Below are positions 45,030 to 52,796 of a stretch of 64,000 bases of DNA, in pieces. The stretch spans positions 103,348-167,347 of the forward strand of contig DATKVM010000002.1 of NCBI GenBank assembly GCA_035530075.1. The letters are read 5' to 3'. This DNA is from Patescibacteria group bacterium (GTDB lineage Bacteria > Patescibacteriota > Microgenomatia > UM-FILTER-40-11). Position 1 is the stretch's first letter. Every line of letters begins with the position of its first letter. The notes under the pieces are model-generated. The model searched no databases. It had not been told where the DNA came from and saw nothing but the letters and a program-made list of their open reading frames with translations. Position numbers and translations under genes: made by a program.

Positions 45030-45401
45030 TTGGCCATAATCCGCCCGCCCTATCCCCATTTCTCGGAGGAAGATTTAATTATAAAAGAACTCTTGACCAA
45101 CCGCCAATTTACCGTCAGTGAGATTGCTGAAGCAATGGAACGAGACGAAAGCGCAGTCAGAGAATCAGTCGCATTAATGCTTAAAAAAGGTCTAATTCCT
45201 GTTCCATCTAGAACCGACAGAAAATCATGGATTAAAGATCAGGAGGTCAGGAATTTAAAACTTCGAGGAATGAAAACTAAAGAAATTGCTGCTACCCTAC
45301 AAACTAATACTAGAGATGTCGAAACGAGAATTCAGCGCTTGTATCGACGTGGCGATTTAGAAAAAAGACCTCGTCCATCTTTACCTCGCCAGGCTAAATA
45401 G
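45030..45401 (+). CDS. Small HTH DNA-binding protein (sigma-70 region-4 / LuxR-like helix pair)
   Basis: Two HTH-like segments (FTVSEIAEAMERDESAVRESV; MKTKEIAATLQTNTRDVETRIQRLYRR), immediately upstream of def. Confidence 0.4.
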   Translation: MAIIRPPYPHFSEEDLIIKELLTNRQFTVSEIAEAMERDESAVRESVALMLKKGLIPVPSRTDRKSWIKDQEVRNLKLRGMKTKEIAATLQTNTRDVETRIQRLYRRGDLEKRPRPSLPRQAK

Positions 45402-45414
45402 GTATAATTCACCT

Positions 45415-45948
45415 ATGGCAAAAATCATCACTATTCCCAATCCGATTTTGCGGGAGAAATCCAAACCAGTCGTTCTAGATAAAAAGACCCTGGATTTAAT
45501 CAAAACGCTTAAAAAAGCCCTGACTGACGAAAAAGGTGGAGTCAAAGCCGTCGGTCTGGCCGCGGTGCAAATTGGGGCCCCCAAAAGAGTTTTTGTCGCC
45601 TATGCCGAGAAAAACAAGAAGTTTCTGACTTTTATTAATCCGGAAATTGTCTGGTTTTCCAAAAGATTGACCAGTAAAAAAGACCAAAAATACGAGGGCT
45701 GTCTTTCCTTGCCTAATAAATGGACCCAGATTAAGCGAGCCAAAGAAATAAAAGTCAAGTATCAGACGGAAACTGGCCAGATTCAAACCCGGAAGTTTTC
45801 CGGGCCAATAGCGATAATTGCCCAGCACGAATATGACCATTTGGAAGGAATTTTGTTCACTGATCGCGTAATGGAGCAAAAAGCCAAGCTTTATGAGCTT
45901 AAGAAAGATGAAGAAGGAAAAGAGTATCTAGAAGAAATAAAACCTTGA
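45415..45948 (+). CDS. def: Peptide deformylase
   Basis: Motif 1 GVGLAAVQIG, motif 2 EGCLS and motif 3 QHEYDHLEG. Confidence 0.85.
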   Translation: MAKIITIPNPILREKSKPVVLDKKTLDLIKTLKKALTDEKGGVKAVGLAAVQIGAPKRVFVAYAEKNKKFLTFINPEIVWFSKRLTSKKDQKYEGCLSLPNKWTQIKRAKEIKVKYQTETGQIQTRKFSGPIAIIAQHEYDHLEGILFTDRVMEQKAKLYELKKDEEGKEYLEEIKP

Positions 45949-46835
45949 ACGGAACAATAATAACCATGAAACAATTGAAAATCGTCTTTTTCGGCACCTC
46001 CCCCTATTCCGCTCAATTTTTAGACTTAGTCACTAAAAACGGCTTGAAAATTGACCTGGTGGTTGCCGCTCCACCAAAACCAATAGGCCGAAAACAAGTC
46101 TTGACGGAAAACTCCGTAGTTTTATTAGCCAAAGAGTTGAATATTCCTTTCATCACTGATTCAAAAGAATTAACAATGAGGCAATTGAACAATGAAGCAA
46201 TCGGCCTCATCCTCGACTATAACCGTCTTATTCCCCCATCCATCATTAACTTATTTCCTCAAGGGATTATCAACATTCATTTTTCTAAACTACCGCAATA
46301 TCGTGGCCCGGCCCCGGTTCAAGCAACCATACTTCACGGCGATAAGAAAGCCTGGATTTCTTATTTTTTAATCTCTGAAAAGCTGGACGAAGGCCCAATT
46401 TTAGCTCAAACTTCTCTTGGGCTTGAGAGAACAGAAACAACCGGCACTCTCTATCAAAAATTAGTCGCTAAGGCCGCCAAGGAAATATCCCAAATCGTGA
46501 CCGACTACCTGAATAACAAAATTATCCCAAAACCCCAATTCGGGCCTTCTTCGGATACTAAAAAACTAACGACTAAGGAGGCCAAAATCGACTGGAATCG
46601 GCCGGCGGAGGAAATTGAAAGGTTAATTCGAGCCGCTAGTCCCGAACCGGGAGCCTGGACGGAAATTCGACTGAAAACTCAAAACTTAAAACTGAAAATC
46701 CTTAAAGCTCACTTGGAAAATAACCGCTTAATTCCGGACACGGTTCAACTGGAAGGCAAAAATCCGGTCTCTTGGAAACAGTTTCAAGAGGGTTACCCGG
46801 GAGGAAAATTAAGCAACTCCAATTACCGTCTTTGA
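45945..46835 (+). CDS. fmt: Methionyl-tRNA formyltransferase
   Basis: N-terminal Rossmann (KIVFFGT), HFSKLPQYRGPAPVQ (the SLLPxxRG motif) and a C-terminal OB-like domain. Carries an in-frame LTMRQLNNEAIG insert. Confidence 0.85.
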   Translation: MNGTIITMKQLKIVFFGTSPYSAQFLDLVTKNGLKIDLVVAAPPKPIGRKQVLTENSVVLLAKELNIPFITDSKELTMRQLNNEAIGLILDYNRLIPPSIINLFPQGIINIHFSKLPQYRGPAPVQATILHGDKKAWISYFLISEKLDEGPILAQTSLGLERTETTGTLYQKLVAKAAKEISQIVTDYLNNKIIPKPQFGPSSDTKKLTTKEAKIDWNRPAEEIERLIRAASPEPGAWTEIRLKTQNLKLKILKAHLENNRLIPDTVQLEGKNPVSWKQFQEGYPGGKLSNSNYRL

Positions 46836-47060
46836 AGTTTCCTCTTTTGCTAGTTTCTGCTCCTGGCGGAGTTTCTTAATGCACTTAGCGCAAAGAGTCA
46901 TCTTGACTCCGTTTAAAGTCACTGGGTGGAGATTCGGCTTAAAAACCCGAACGGTTTTTTGGGCTCTTTTCATCCATTGTCGACCGGCCACCCCCCGATG
47001 ATGCCGGGACTGGCGGCCAACCCGCTTAATTTTAGCACAAATTTCACACCGTTGAGGCAT
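46809..47060 (-). CDS. rpmB: 50S ribosomal protein L28
   Basis: C.IC.K at the N-terminus, a central PNLH motif and a C-terminal LCAKCIK, the bL28 pattern. 83 aa. Confidence 0.7.
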   Translation of the reverse strand: MPQRCEICAKIKRVGRQSRHHRGVAGRQWMKRAQKTVRVFKPNLHPVTLNGVKMTLCAKCIKKLRQEQKLAKEETSKTVIGVA

Positions 47061-47156
47061 TTCTATACTTTCTTTCCCTTCAATTTAACGATATAATGAT
47101 ATCACAATCATATTTAAGGAGCAATATCGGCGCTTCTTTGAGCGGACAATTTTCCG

Positions 47157-47798
47157 ATGACAGTTATTTTTGCCGTTGCCAGCTTTATTATTTTCATTTA
47201 CTCCATTATTCTCCACGAAATCGCTCATGGATGGATGGCGGAGCGCTTGGGTGATCCGACGGCCAGAATTTCCGGCCGGCTAACACTAAATCCCCTTTCG
47301 CATATTGACCCGCTAATGAGCGTCCTTCTTCCCTTGTTCCTCCTTATCAGTCAATCTCCAATTATTATCGGCGCCGCCAAACCAGTTCCCATTGACCCCT
47401 ACAATCTGCGTAATTCCCAAAAAGAAATGGGGCTTATCGGTCTAGCCGGACCGCTAACTAACCTTCTCCTGGCCATATTGTTTGCCAGCTTGGCCCGACT
47501 TTTAACCGGTAACACCGCTTTAGTTTTCTGGCCGCTTTTGGCTAATGCCACCCTGCTTAATATTGTTCTGGCAGTTTTTAATCTCATTCCTATTCCGCCT
47601 TTAGACGGGGGCCGTGTTTTGATCTCCCTCCTTCCTCGGCGTTACGCCGAGCAGTTAATGAGCCTGGAAAATTTTGGTATTTTTATTGTCCTTTTTTTGT
47701 TTTTATTCCCTAACCCACTCTTTTCTCTTCAAGGAATAATGTTCCGCCTGACTCGCCTAATTTTTAGCCTTATCTTTCCCGGTTTTCCTCTACCCTAA
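47157..47798 (+). CDS. Site-2 protease family (M50) zinc metalloprotease, small form
   Basis: HEIAHG HExxH in TM1 and NLIPIPPLDGG in a later TM. Confidence 0.7.
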   Translation: MTVIFAVASFIIFIYSIILHEIAHGWMAERLGDPTARISGRLTLNPLSHIDPLMSVLLPLFLLISQSPIIIGAAKPVPIDPYNLRNSQKEMGLIGLAGPLTNLLLAILFASLARLLTGNTALVFWPLLANATLLNIVLAVFNLIPIPPLDGGRVLISLLPRRYAEQLMSLENFGIFIVLFLFLFPNPLFSLQGIMFRLTRLIFSLIFPGFPLP

Positions 47799-47910
47799 GC
47801 CCTAATTTAATACTTGACTGCCGGAAGCCAATTGGTCTAAAATATCTTCTTAGTCCTGCCTAAACGGGCCAGTTTTGAAAAACGCTTTTCTCTACAAGTT
47901 CAATACGTAA

Positions 47911-47980
47911 GGGGGGACGAAGTCCCTGTACCAAGTTGGCACAGAGCAGTCCACCCACCTGGGTTTCCCAGGGAATAGCG
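47911..47980 (+). ncRNA. Structured RNA-like element, copy 1 (unclassified)
   Basis: Three predicted hairpins: GGGAC-GAA-GUCCC, CUGUACC-AAGUU-GGCACAG and CCUGGG-UUU-CCCAGG. About 85% identical to copy 2 at 48159..48228, with partly compensatory substitutions in hairpin 2. Non-coding. Confidence 0.35.
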
Positions 47981-48070
47981 GTCAAAACCAAATCGTTAGG
48001 CGGGGCTTTAACTTAAACAAAAATCGCTTTCAAAACCTAGATTTTCTTCAAACATAGAAAAAGTTACTTC

Positions 48071-48099
48071 TTGACTTCGAGGCTAAATGAGGCTATTAT
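48071..48099 (+). promoter_or_regulatory. Sigma70-like promoter (TTGACT-N17-TATTAT) driving copy 2 of the structured element and possibly the tRNA cluster
   Basis: TTGACT at 48071-76, a 17-nt spacer and TATTAT at 48094-99. Confidence 0.5.
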
Positions 48100-48158
48100 T
48101 TCACCCAATCCTGCCCAAAAGACTCAAGTCTGATATCGCACCCCCAATTTAAATTGTT

Positions 48159-48228
48159 TGGGAGGACGAAGTCCCTGTACCATAATGGTCCAGGGCAGTC
48201 CACCCACCTGGGTTTTCAGGGGAAAGCA
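48159..48228 (+). ncRNA. Structured RNA-like element, copy 2 (unclassified)
   Basis: Same three-hairpin architecture as copy 1 (GGAC-GAA-GUCC; CUGUACC-AUAAU-GGUCCAG; CCUGG-GUUUU-CAGGG). Lies about 60 nt downstream of a consensus promoter. Confidence 0.35.
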
Positions 48229-48340
48229 ATTAAGGCCAATCTTCACGGCAGGATTAACTTTACCTATTTTCTGCGAGACTCTTCCTGCCATTTACCTCAA
48301 GCCTAATTTAGGATAAAATATAGTTGCATTCCCGTAGAGT

Positions 48341-48413
48341 GCCGACTTAGCTCAGCGGTAGAGCTACTGTTTTGTAAACAGTGGGTCCTCGGTTCGAATC
48401 CGAGAGTCGGCTC
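48341..48413 (+). tRNA. tRNA-Thr (anticodon TGT)
   Basis: Cloverleaf: acceptor GCCGACT/AGTCGGC, D arm AGCTCAGCGGTAGAGC, anticodon stem ACTGT/ACAGT with loop TTTGTAA, and T arm with GGTTCGAATCC. No encoded CCA. Confidence 0.85.
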
Positions 48414-48529
48414 ACAAATAGCGTGTAGTAATTAGCGTTTAGCATCTGGAAACTAGGCTCAAAATCAGGTAAAATATGCTAAATTTACCACGGGCAAGAA
48501 GTAAGAAAGTTTTAGAATGATTTAAAATT

Positions 48530-48566
48530 AATCTTCGAGGCGAATCGAATGATGATCTCGAAGATT
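48530..48566. repeat. Perfect 10-bp inverted repeat (AATCTTCGAG...CTCGAAGATT) with a 17-nt loop
   Basis: Seen directly in the sequence between the two tRNA genes. Function unknown. Confidence 0.3.
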
Positions 48567-48617
48567 ACCTTTTAGGGAAAAGGCTTGAGGAAAAACCGTA
48601 GGTTTTCCCCAAGAAAA

Positions 48618-48660
48618 GCCAGGGTGGCGGAGTGATCCCCACATTATGGCTTTGCCAAAT
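48618..48660 (+). pseudogene. 5' fragment of a type-II tRNA (tRNA-Tyr-like acceptor/D arm), truncated
   Basis: GCCAGGGTGGCGGAGTGATC matches tRNA-Tyr 5' (GCTGAGGTGGCGGAGTGGTC) and then diverges. No anticodon or T arm. Confidence 0.4.
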
Positions 48661-48687
48661 GCGGGGCAAGTAAACGCAAGAAATTTT

Positions 48688-48772
48688 GCTGAGGTGGCGG
48701 AGTGGTCAAACGCACCAGTCTGTAAAACTGGCGGTCGAAAGGCCTACGTAGGTTCGAAACCTACCCTCAGCA
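48688..48772 (+). tRNA. tRNA-Tyr (anticodon GTA), long variable arm
   Basis: Acceptor GCTGAGG/CCTCAGC, D arm GTGGCGGAGTGGTCAAACGCAC, anticodon stem CCAGT/ACTGG with loop CTGTAAA, variable arm CGGTCGAAAGGCCTACG and T arm GGTTCGAAACC. Confidence 0.85.
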
Positions 48773-48844
48773 CAGCAAGATTTCGCCTTAAATCAACTTA
48801 ATTGCAATCTGCCTGTCCCGCAAAAATGCTTGTATTTGGGGGAT

Positions 48845-48868
48845 AAAACTGGCGGTCGAAAGGCCTAC
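48845..48868 (+). pseudogene. Duplicated internal fragment of tRNA-Tyr (anticodon-loop 3' side plus variable arm)
   Basis: AAAACTGGCGGTCGAAAGGCCTAC is 24/26 identical to 48723..48748 of tRNA-Tyr and is followed by unrelated sequence. Confidence 0.45.
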
Positions 48869-48901
48869 TCAAGTTTGAGTCTTGACCCTGGCACCTCCGT
48901 T

Positions 48902-49531
48902 TTATAACTCACTGACGAAAAAACGAAGTTGTTCCCCTTCCAAGCTAAAATCAAGCTTAATCGGAAAGCTTTTATTGTTTTTAATATACAGGTTTTGAGC
49001 GGCCGAATTGTTGCCGCCACCAGACATAAAGTAAATGGAGACCCCATACTCCCGCTCAATCCCCGGAATGGCGGCAAAGTCGTGGTTAACCTCAGATACA
49101 ACCTCTAAACCGACCTGACGGGCAGTTTTATTCATTAAAGAGGCTAAGTGGCAAACCCCATTTCCCGGCAGGCCGGCAATGACCTTATAGCCATCTTTGA
49201 CGCCAAAGCCGCTTTCCTGAGTAACAATTTTCTTTCCCTCAAACTGAGGCAAAATGTTTTTATGAAAAGCAAAAACTTCCCCCGGCTGAAGAGCTAGCAC
49301 TCCCCCATTAACCTTCTTAAGATGGTCCACGGCAATAAGGATATTTTCTTTAAAACCCTCGTTAACGCTTTCCACCGGAGCCCGATGACTCAAGTCCAAG
49401 CTTTTCGAGGCCAGGAGGTGTTTCTCCCCCACTAACTGACCAGCCACGCCAGCAACTGGCGTATTCGAAACCCCCAGTTGAACCAGCAAAAGAGAAGCAG
49501 ACAATAAAGATGAAAGAATTAAATTTGACAT
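48902..49531 (-). CDS. VanW-like domain protein, secreted or anchored
   Basis: N-terminal signal/anchor. LALQPGEVFAFHK...GNGVCHLASLMNKTARQVGLEV resembles the VanW core (GGGVCQVSTTLYNAAL.AGL). Confidence 0.5.
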   Translation of the reverse strand: MSNLILSSLLSASLLLVQLGVSNTPVAGVAGQLVGEKHLLASKSLDLSHRAPVESVNEGFKENILIAVDHLKKVNGGVLALQPGEVFAFHKNILPQFEGKKIVTQESGFGVKDGYKVIAGLPGNGVCHLASLMNKTARQVGLEVVSEVNHDFAAIPGIEREYGVSIYFMSGGGNNSAAQNLYIKNNKSFPIKLDFSLEGEQLRFFVSEL

Positions 49532-49657
49532 TGCCTGGCCGATTTGGCCACAAAAAAAGCGTCAAGCTGTTATGCTTGGCGCTTTTTATGAAGACAGCGG
49601 GATTGTAACACAGACTACAGGATAAATCAAGTCCGAAGCGCCGAATTCAGCCTCAAA

Positions 49658-50203
49658 CTATAGGCTTCTCGGCTCATTGTTATGGGCATCAACCGCCAGT
49701 TGCTGAGCTAGAGCTAAAGCCAGTCTCTCAAACTCTTGCAATTCACCGGAAGCCAAGCTCAGCGTTCTTGCTCTTTGAGCCGAAGATTCCTTTAATCCGG
49801 CTAAAAGCGAGAAGTGTTCTACTTTAGGTTCTTCCGGCTCCGGCAACTCTCTTTTTGTTTTGAGAAGCAAAGTTTTTGCCCTTCCCCTTGAGGGAATGAC
49901 GCTCATAAAGATTTCCCGATTAGCAATCGCCTCTAGTCGCTCTTCTCGGGTCATTTGTTCTAAAGTTTGGCGGAAATAGCCGGGGAAATAATCAGTGGCA
50001 ACCTGGAGATTAATTAAAGATGACGGTTGGCGTGAAGATAGCTGTCGACGAATAATGAGTCGTGAGCTGACTCCCTCGCGGTCAGGGGCCGAACTAACAG
50101 AGATCGACTCCGCTTCTCCATAAGTGGCCAAAAGTTGGGCCAATAGCTTATCCAATTGAGGGATTTCAATTTTTTCTGGTTGAGCCAGTTCTCTTTCATT
50201 CAT
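49658..50203 (-). CDS. Hypothetical protein
   Basis: ORF with AAGGGG-N7-ATG at Met37 of the ORF-track frame. No recognisable domain. Confidence 0.4.
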   Translation of the reverse strand: MNERELAQPEKIEIPQLDKLLAQLLATYGEAESISVSSAPDREGVSSRLIIRRQLSSRQPSSLINLQVATDYFPGYFRQTLEQMTREERLEAIANREIFMSVIPSRGRAKTLLLKTKRELPEPEEPKVEHFSLLAGLKESSAQRARTLSLASGELQEFERLALALAQQLAVDAHNNEPRSL

Positions 50204-50352
50204 TAGTTTCCCCTTCGAGCTTGAATAATCTAAAAGTAATTTACTAAAAGTAAATGAGAAGCCGGTAAGAAAAACAAAAGTCAGCGCTTCCCTGTTCCCA
50301 AACAAGCTCAATTTTGTTAAAATGGAAAATGGTAGTTCACGAAATTTACCTA

Positions 50353-50386
50353 AGTAGCTCAGTTGGCAGACCTGCCCGCCGTACTT
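50353..50386 (+). pseudogene. tRNA D-arm-like fragment immediately upstream of tRNA-Thr(GGT)
   Basis: AGTAGCTCAGTTGGCAGACC resembles the D arm (TGTAGCTCAGCTGGTAGAGC) but lacks the rest of the cloverleaf. Confidence 0.3.
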
Positions 50387-50459
50387 GCCCTTGTAGCTCA
50401 GCTGGTAGAGCGCGTCTTTGGTAAAGACGAGGTCATGGGTCCGATTCCCATCGAGGGCT
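50387..50459 (+). tRNA. tRNA-Thr (anticodon GGT)
   Basis: Acceptor GCCCTTG/CGAGGGC, D arm TAGCTCAGCTGGTAGAGC, anticodon stem CGTCT/AGACG with loop TTGGTAA, and T arm GGGTCCGATTCCC. Confidence 0.85.
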
Positions 50460-50525
50460 CAATAAGGCAAAATTGTTAAAAAATCCGTGGAAATTTGTCT
50501 AAAATCATTGTATAATCAGCTCCTA

Positions 50526-50696
50526 TGGCAAAAGGACAAAGAATGATACTTGCTTTCGCCTGCTCAGTTTGCAAGCGACAAAATTATCTGACCAGCAAAA
50601 GCAAGACCAATACTCCGGACAAGTTGGTTCTAAAGAAGTACTGCAAGTGGTGTAAAAAAGTCACGGACCATAAGGAATCACTGAAATTTAAGTAAA
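50526..50696 (+). CDS. rpmG: 50S ribosomal protein L33
   Basis: 56-aa ORF missed by the ORF track (MAKGQRMILAFACSVCKRQNYLTSKSKTNTPDKLVLKKYCKWCKKVTDHKESLKFK). Shows the bL33 zinc-ribbon pattern and KLELKKYC-like core. Confidence 0.75.
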
Positions 50697-50826
50697 GAAC
50701 ATTGGTTTTCCCCCATTGCCCTACTCTTTATTATTCAAGAGGTCCGACGATTAAACTTTAGAAGCAACTGATTTGTCTGCAAGGTAACCCTTTGCAGGAT
50801 TATAAAAGGTGATATTGAAGCTTAAG

Positions 50827-51825
50827 CTAGCGCGAGAGTCTCTCGACAATTTGGCTAAAAGTCGCCCGATTCTTGTCTTTAAAAAAGGGATGAGGAATCC
50901 GGCTTAAGCGGTCGGGGAAAACTGCTGCCTCAATCCGATAAAATTCTAAATTGATAAGCCCGCCCGTGGCCTCTGCCAATCTTTCTAAATAACCTCCGTT
51001 AAGCCACTTTCTAATACTCATATCCTCCAAAGGATGGATATCAACCCCTTTTACTCTTGGCCCAATTCTTTCAATATTCTTCTCCCAGTCGCCATAATAA
51101 GGTTGGACCGGTTGCCCGGAACGACTAATGGTTTGACCTAAATCCTCTGAGTGCAAAGGGTCAATCACCACGCCGGTAATATCCGTCCGCGCGTCAATCT
51201 TCGCTAAAAGCCCGTCAAGATCTTCTACCTGACCTGGATAAAATTTAAAAAGCCAATCCCTCCCCCGAAAATCAAATTCAAACTCGTGATGAATCAGCTT
51301 TGCTTGAGGAAAGGCTTCAAAATAGGCTGTGAGAATCGTCTTACATTCCTCGACCGAAGGAAAAAATCCGTCTTGTTCAATGGGGGCCCGGCCTACTTTC
51401 GGAAAAAGCTCCCGGCCGACCGCCTTATTTAACTGGGGGCGAGCGATATCCCCGTAAGCTTTTCTAACCACAAAGTGATTAAAAGCCCCAAGAACGATGG
51501 CAACGGGCAAAGGATAATGGCGGACAAAAGGATTCCAGCCAACACCCAAATTGGCAACAACAATAGGAGAGCCTTCCATCCCGGCTGCCTCTTCATGGCT
51601 GGCAGCAACCAATGGTAAGCCATTTTTAGTCCTTGTCTCCTTGAGGCTGTCAATCGCCCCTTGTTGAAGTGCCCAACGGTGAGGAAGAAGACAGAGACTG
51701 TCGACCCCCAAAGAAGGCAGTTCTTCCCAAACCGCCAAAAAATCTTCTAGATTGGTGGTTTGGGTTAAAAATTCGGCGGAGTTAGCCTCAATATGGATTG
51801 GTCCACGACCTGGTCTTTCAATCAT
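50827..51825 (-). CDS. Hypothetical protein
   Basis: 332-aa ORF upstream of galU on the same strand. No confident domain call. Confidence 0.4.
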   Translation of the reverse strand: MIERPGRGPIHIEANSAEFLTQTTNLEDFLAVWEELPSLGVDSLCLLPHRWALQQGAIDSLKETRTKNGLPLVAASHEEAAGMEGSPIVVANLGVGWNPFVRHYPLPVAIVLGAFNHFVVRKAYGDIARPQLNKAVGRELFPKVGRAPIEQDGFFPSVEECKTILTAYFEAFPQAKLIHHEFEFDFRGRDWLFKFYPGQVEDLDGLLAKIDARTDITGVVIDPLHSEDLGQTISRSGQPVQPYYGDWEKNIERIGPRVKGVDIHPLEDMSIRKWLNGGYLERLAEATGGLINLEFYRIEAAVFPDRLSRIPHPFFKDKNRATFSQIVERLSR

Positions 51826-51832
51826 GAAATGA

Positions 51833-52732
51833 TTATACCAAGCCCTTCAAGTACTCCCTAAATTCTTCTCCGAACTCTTCCGACTCTAAGCCTAATTCAA
51901 CTAAAGTTTTGAGGTAGCCCAATTTATCGCCGGTATCAAAATAGCGGCAGCCTTGAAACTCCACCCCGTAAATCGGATAACCATCGGCCAGCATTTTCCC
52001 CATTCCATGGACATTGACATAAAGTTCTTTTCCCGGCAGTAAGCCTCTCCGGGCCTCTTCCAAATAATCAAAAACTTCCGGCAGTAAAACCTGTCCCGAC
52101 ATGGTGGCCAACTCTGATGGCGCCTTCCCTTCTCCGGGCTTTTCTACCAACTGGGTAACTCTAACCACATTTTTATCAACTTTATCACCCACTACAAAAC
52201 CCCAACGGTCCCCATCTCTCGGATCAGTTGTTCTCAGGCAACCAATCACCATTCCGCCAAACCTTTCGTAAACATCAATTGACTGCTTGGCCCTTGGTGG
52301 GTTGCCCAGATAAAACTCATCCGCCCAACTTAAAAAGAAAGGCTCATCCGCCACCGCTTCCTTGGCCGGGAGTAAGGCGGCCCCCGTACCAACTATCCCC
52401 CCTGGTTTTTGTTCCACAAAGTGAAAGTCCGCCAGGTTCTCAATCTTTTTTAGCTTTTCTATCTGCTCTTCTTTGCCTGCCTTCATCAAAAGCTCGTTTA
52501 AGACGACCGAGGGTTCAAAGTATTTTTTAGTTTCCGGAAAATAGGGTGAGACGACAAAGGTAATATCGGAAATGCCGCTTTCCACCAAATCTTCCACCAC
52601 ATATTGGATAATCGGCTTATCGATAACCGGGAACATTACCTTGGGAATCGCTTTTGAAGCCGGCAAGAATCTGGTCCCAAACCCCGCCGCCACAATCACC
52701 GCCTTCTTTACTTTCGACCGAGACCCTACCAT
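51833..52732 (-). CDS. galU: UTP-glucose-1-phosphate uridylyltransferase
   Basis: KAVIVAAGFGTRFLPASKAIPKVMFPVIDKPIIQYVVEDL is the GalU N-terminal signature. The remainder is a nucleotidyltransferase fold. Confidence 0.8.
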   Translation of the reverse strand: MVGSRSKVKKAVIVAAGFGTRFLPASKAIPKVMFPVIDKPIIQYVVEDLVESGISDITFVVSPYFPETKKYFEPSVVLNELLMKAGKEEQIEKLKKIENLADFHFVEQKPGGIVGTGAALLPAKEAVADEPFFLSWADEFYLGNPPRAKQSIDVYERFGGMVIGCLRTTDPRDGDRWGFVVGDKVDKNVVRVTQLVEKPGEGKAPSELATMSGQVLLPEVFDYLEEARRGLLPGKELYVNVHGMGKMLADGYPIYGVEFQGCRYFDTGDKLGYLKTLVELGLESEEFGEEFREYLKGLV

Positions 52733-52796
52733 AAGTAACCAAATTTAACGCCAAAAGAGGCTTTCTGTCAAGCTTCTGACTTGATAAAATAGAGAG

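Noticed and set aside
47911-48228. Considered whether the twin structured elements are RNase P RNA, SRP (4.5S) RNA or 6S RNA
   Set aside because: GGACGAAGUCC superficially resembles the RNase P GGAAAGUCC P4 strand and the region size (~330 nt) would fit. However, the internal direct duplication and the absence of the complementary P4 strand (ACAGAACCCGGCUUA-like) and of the SRP GGAA/AGCAGC helix-8 signature argue against it. Left as unclassified.
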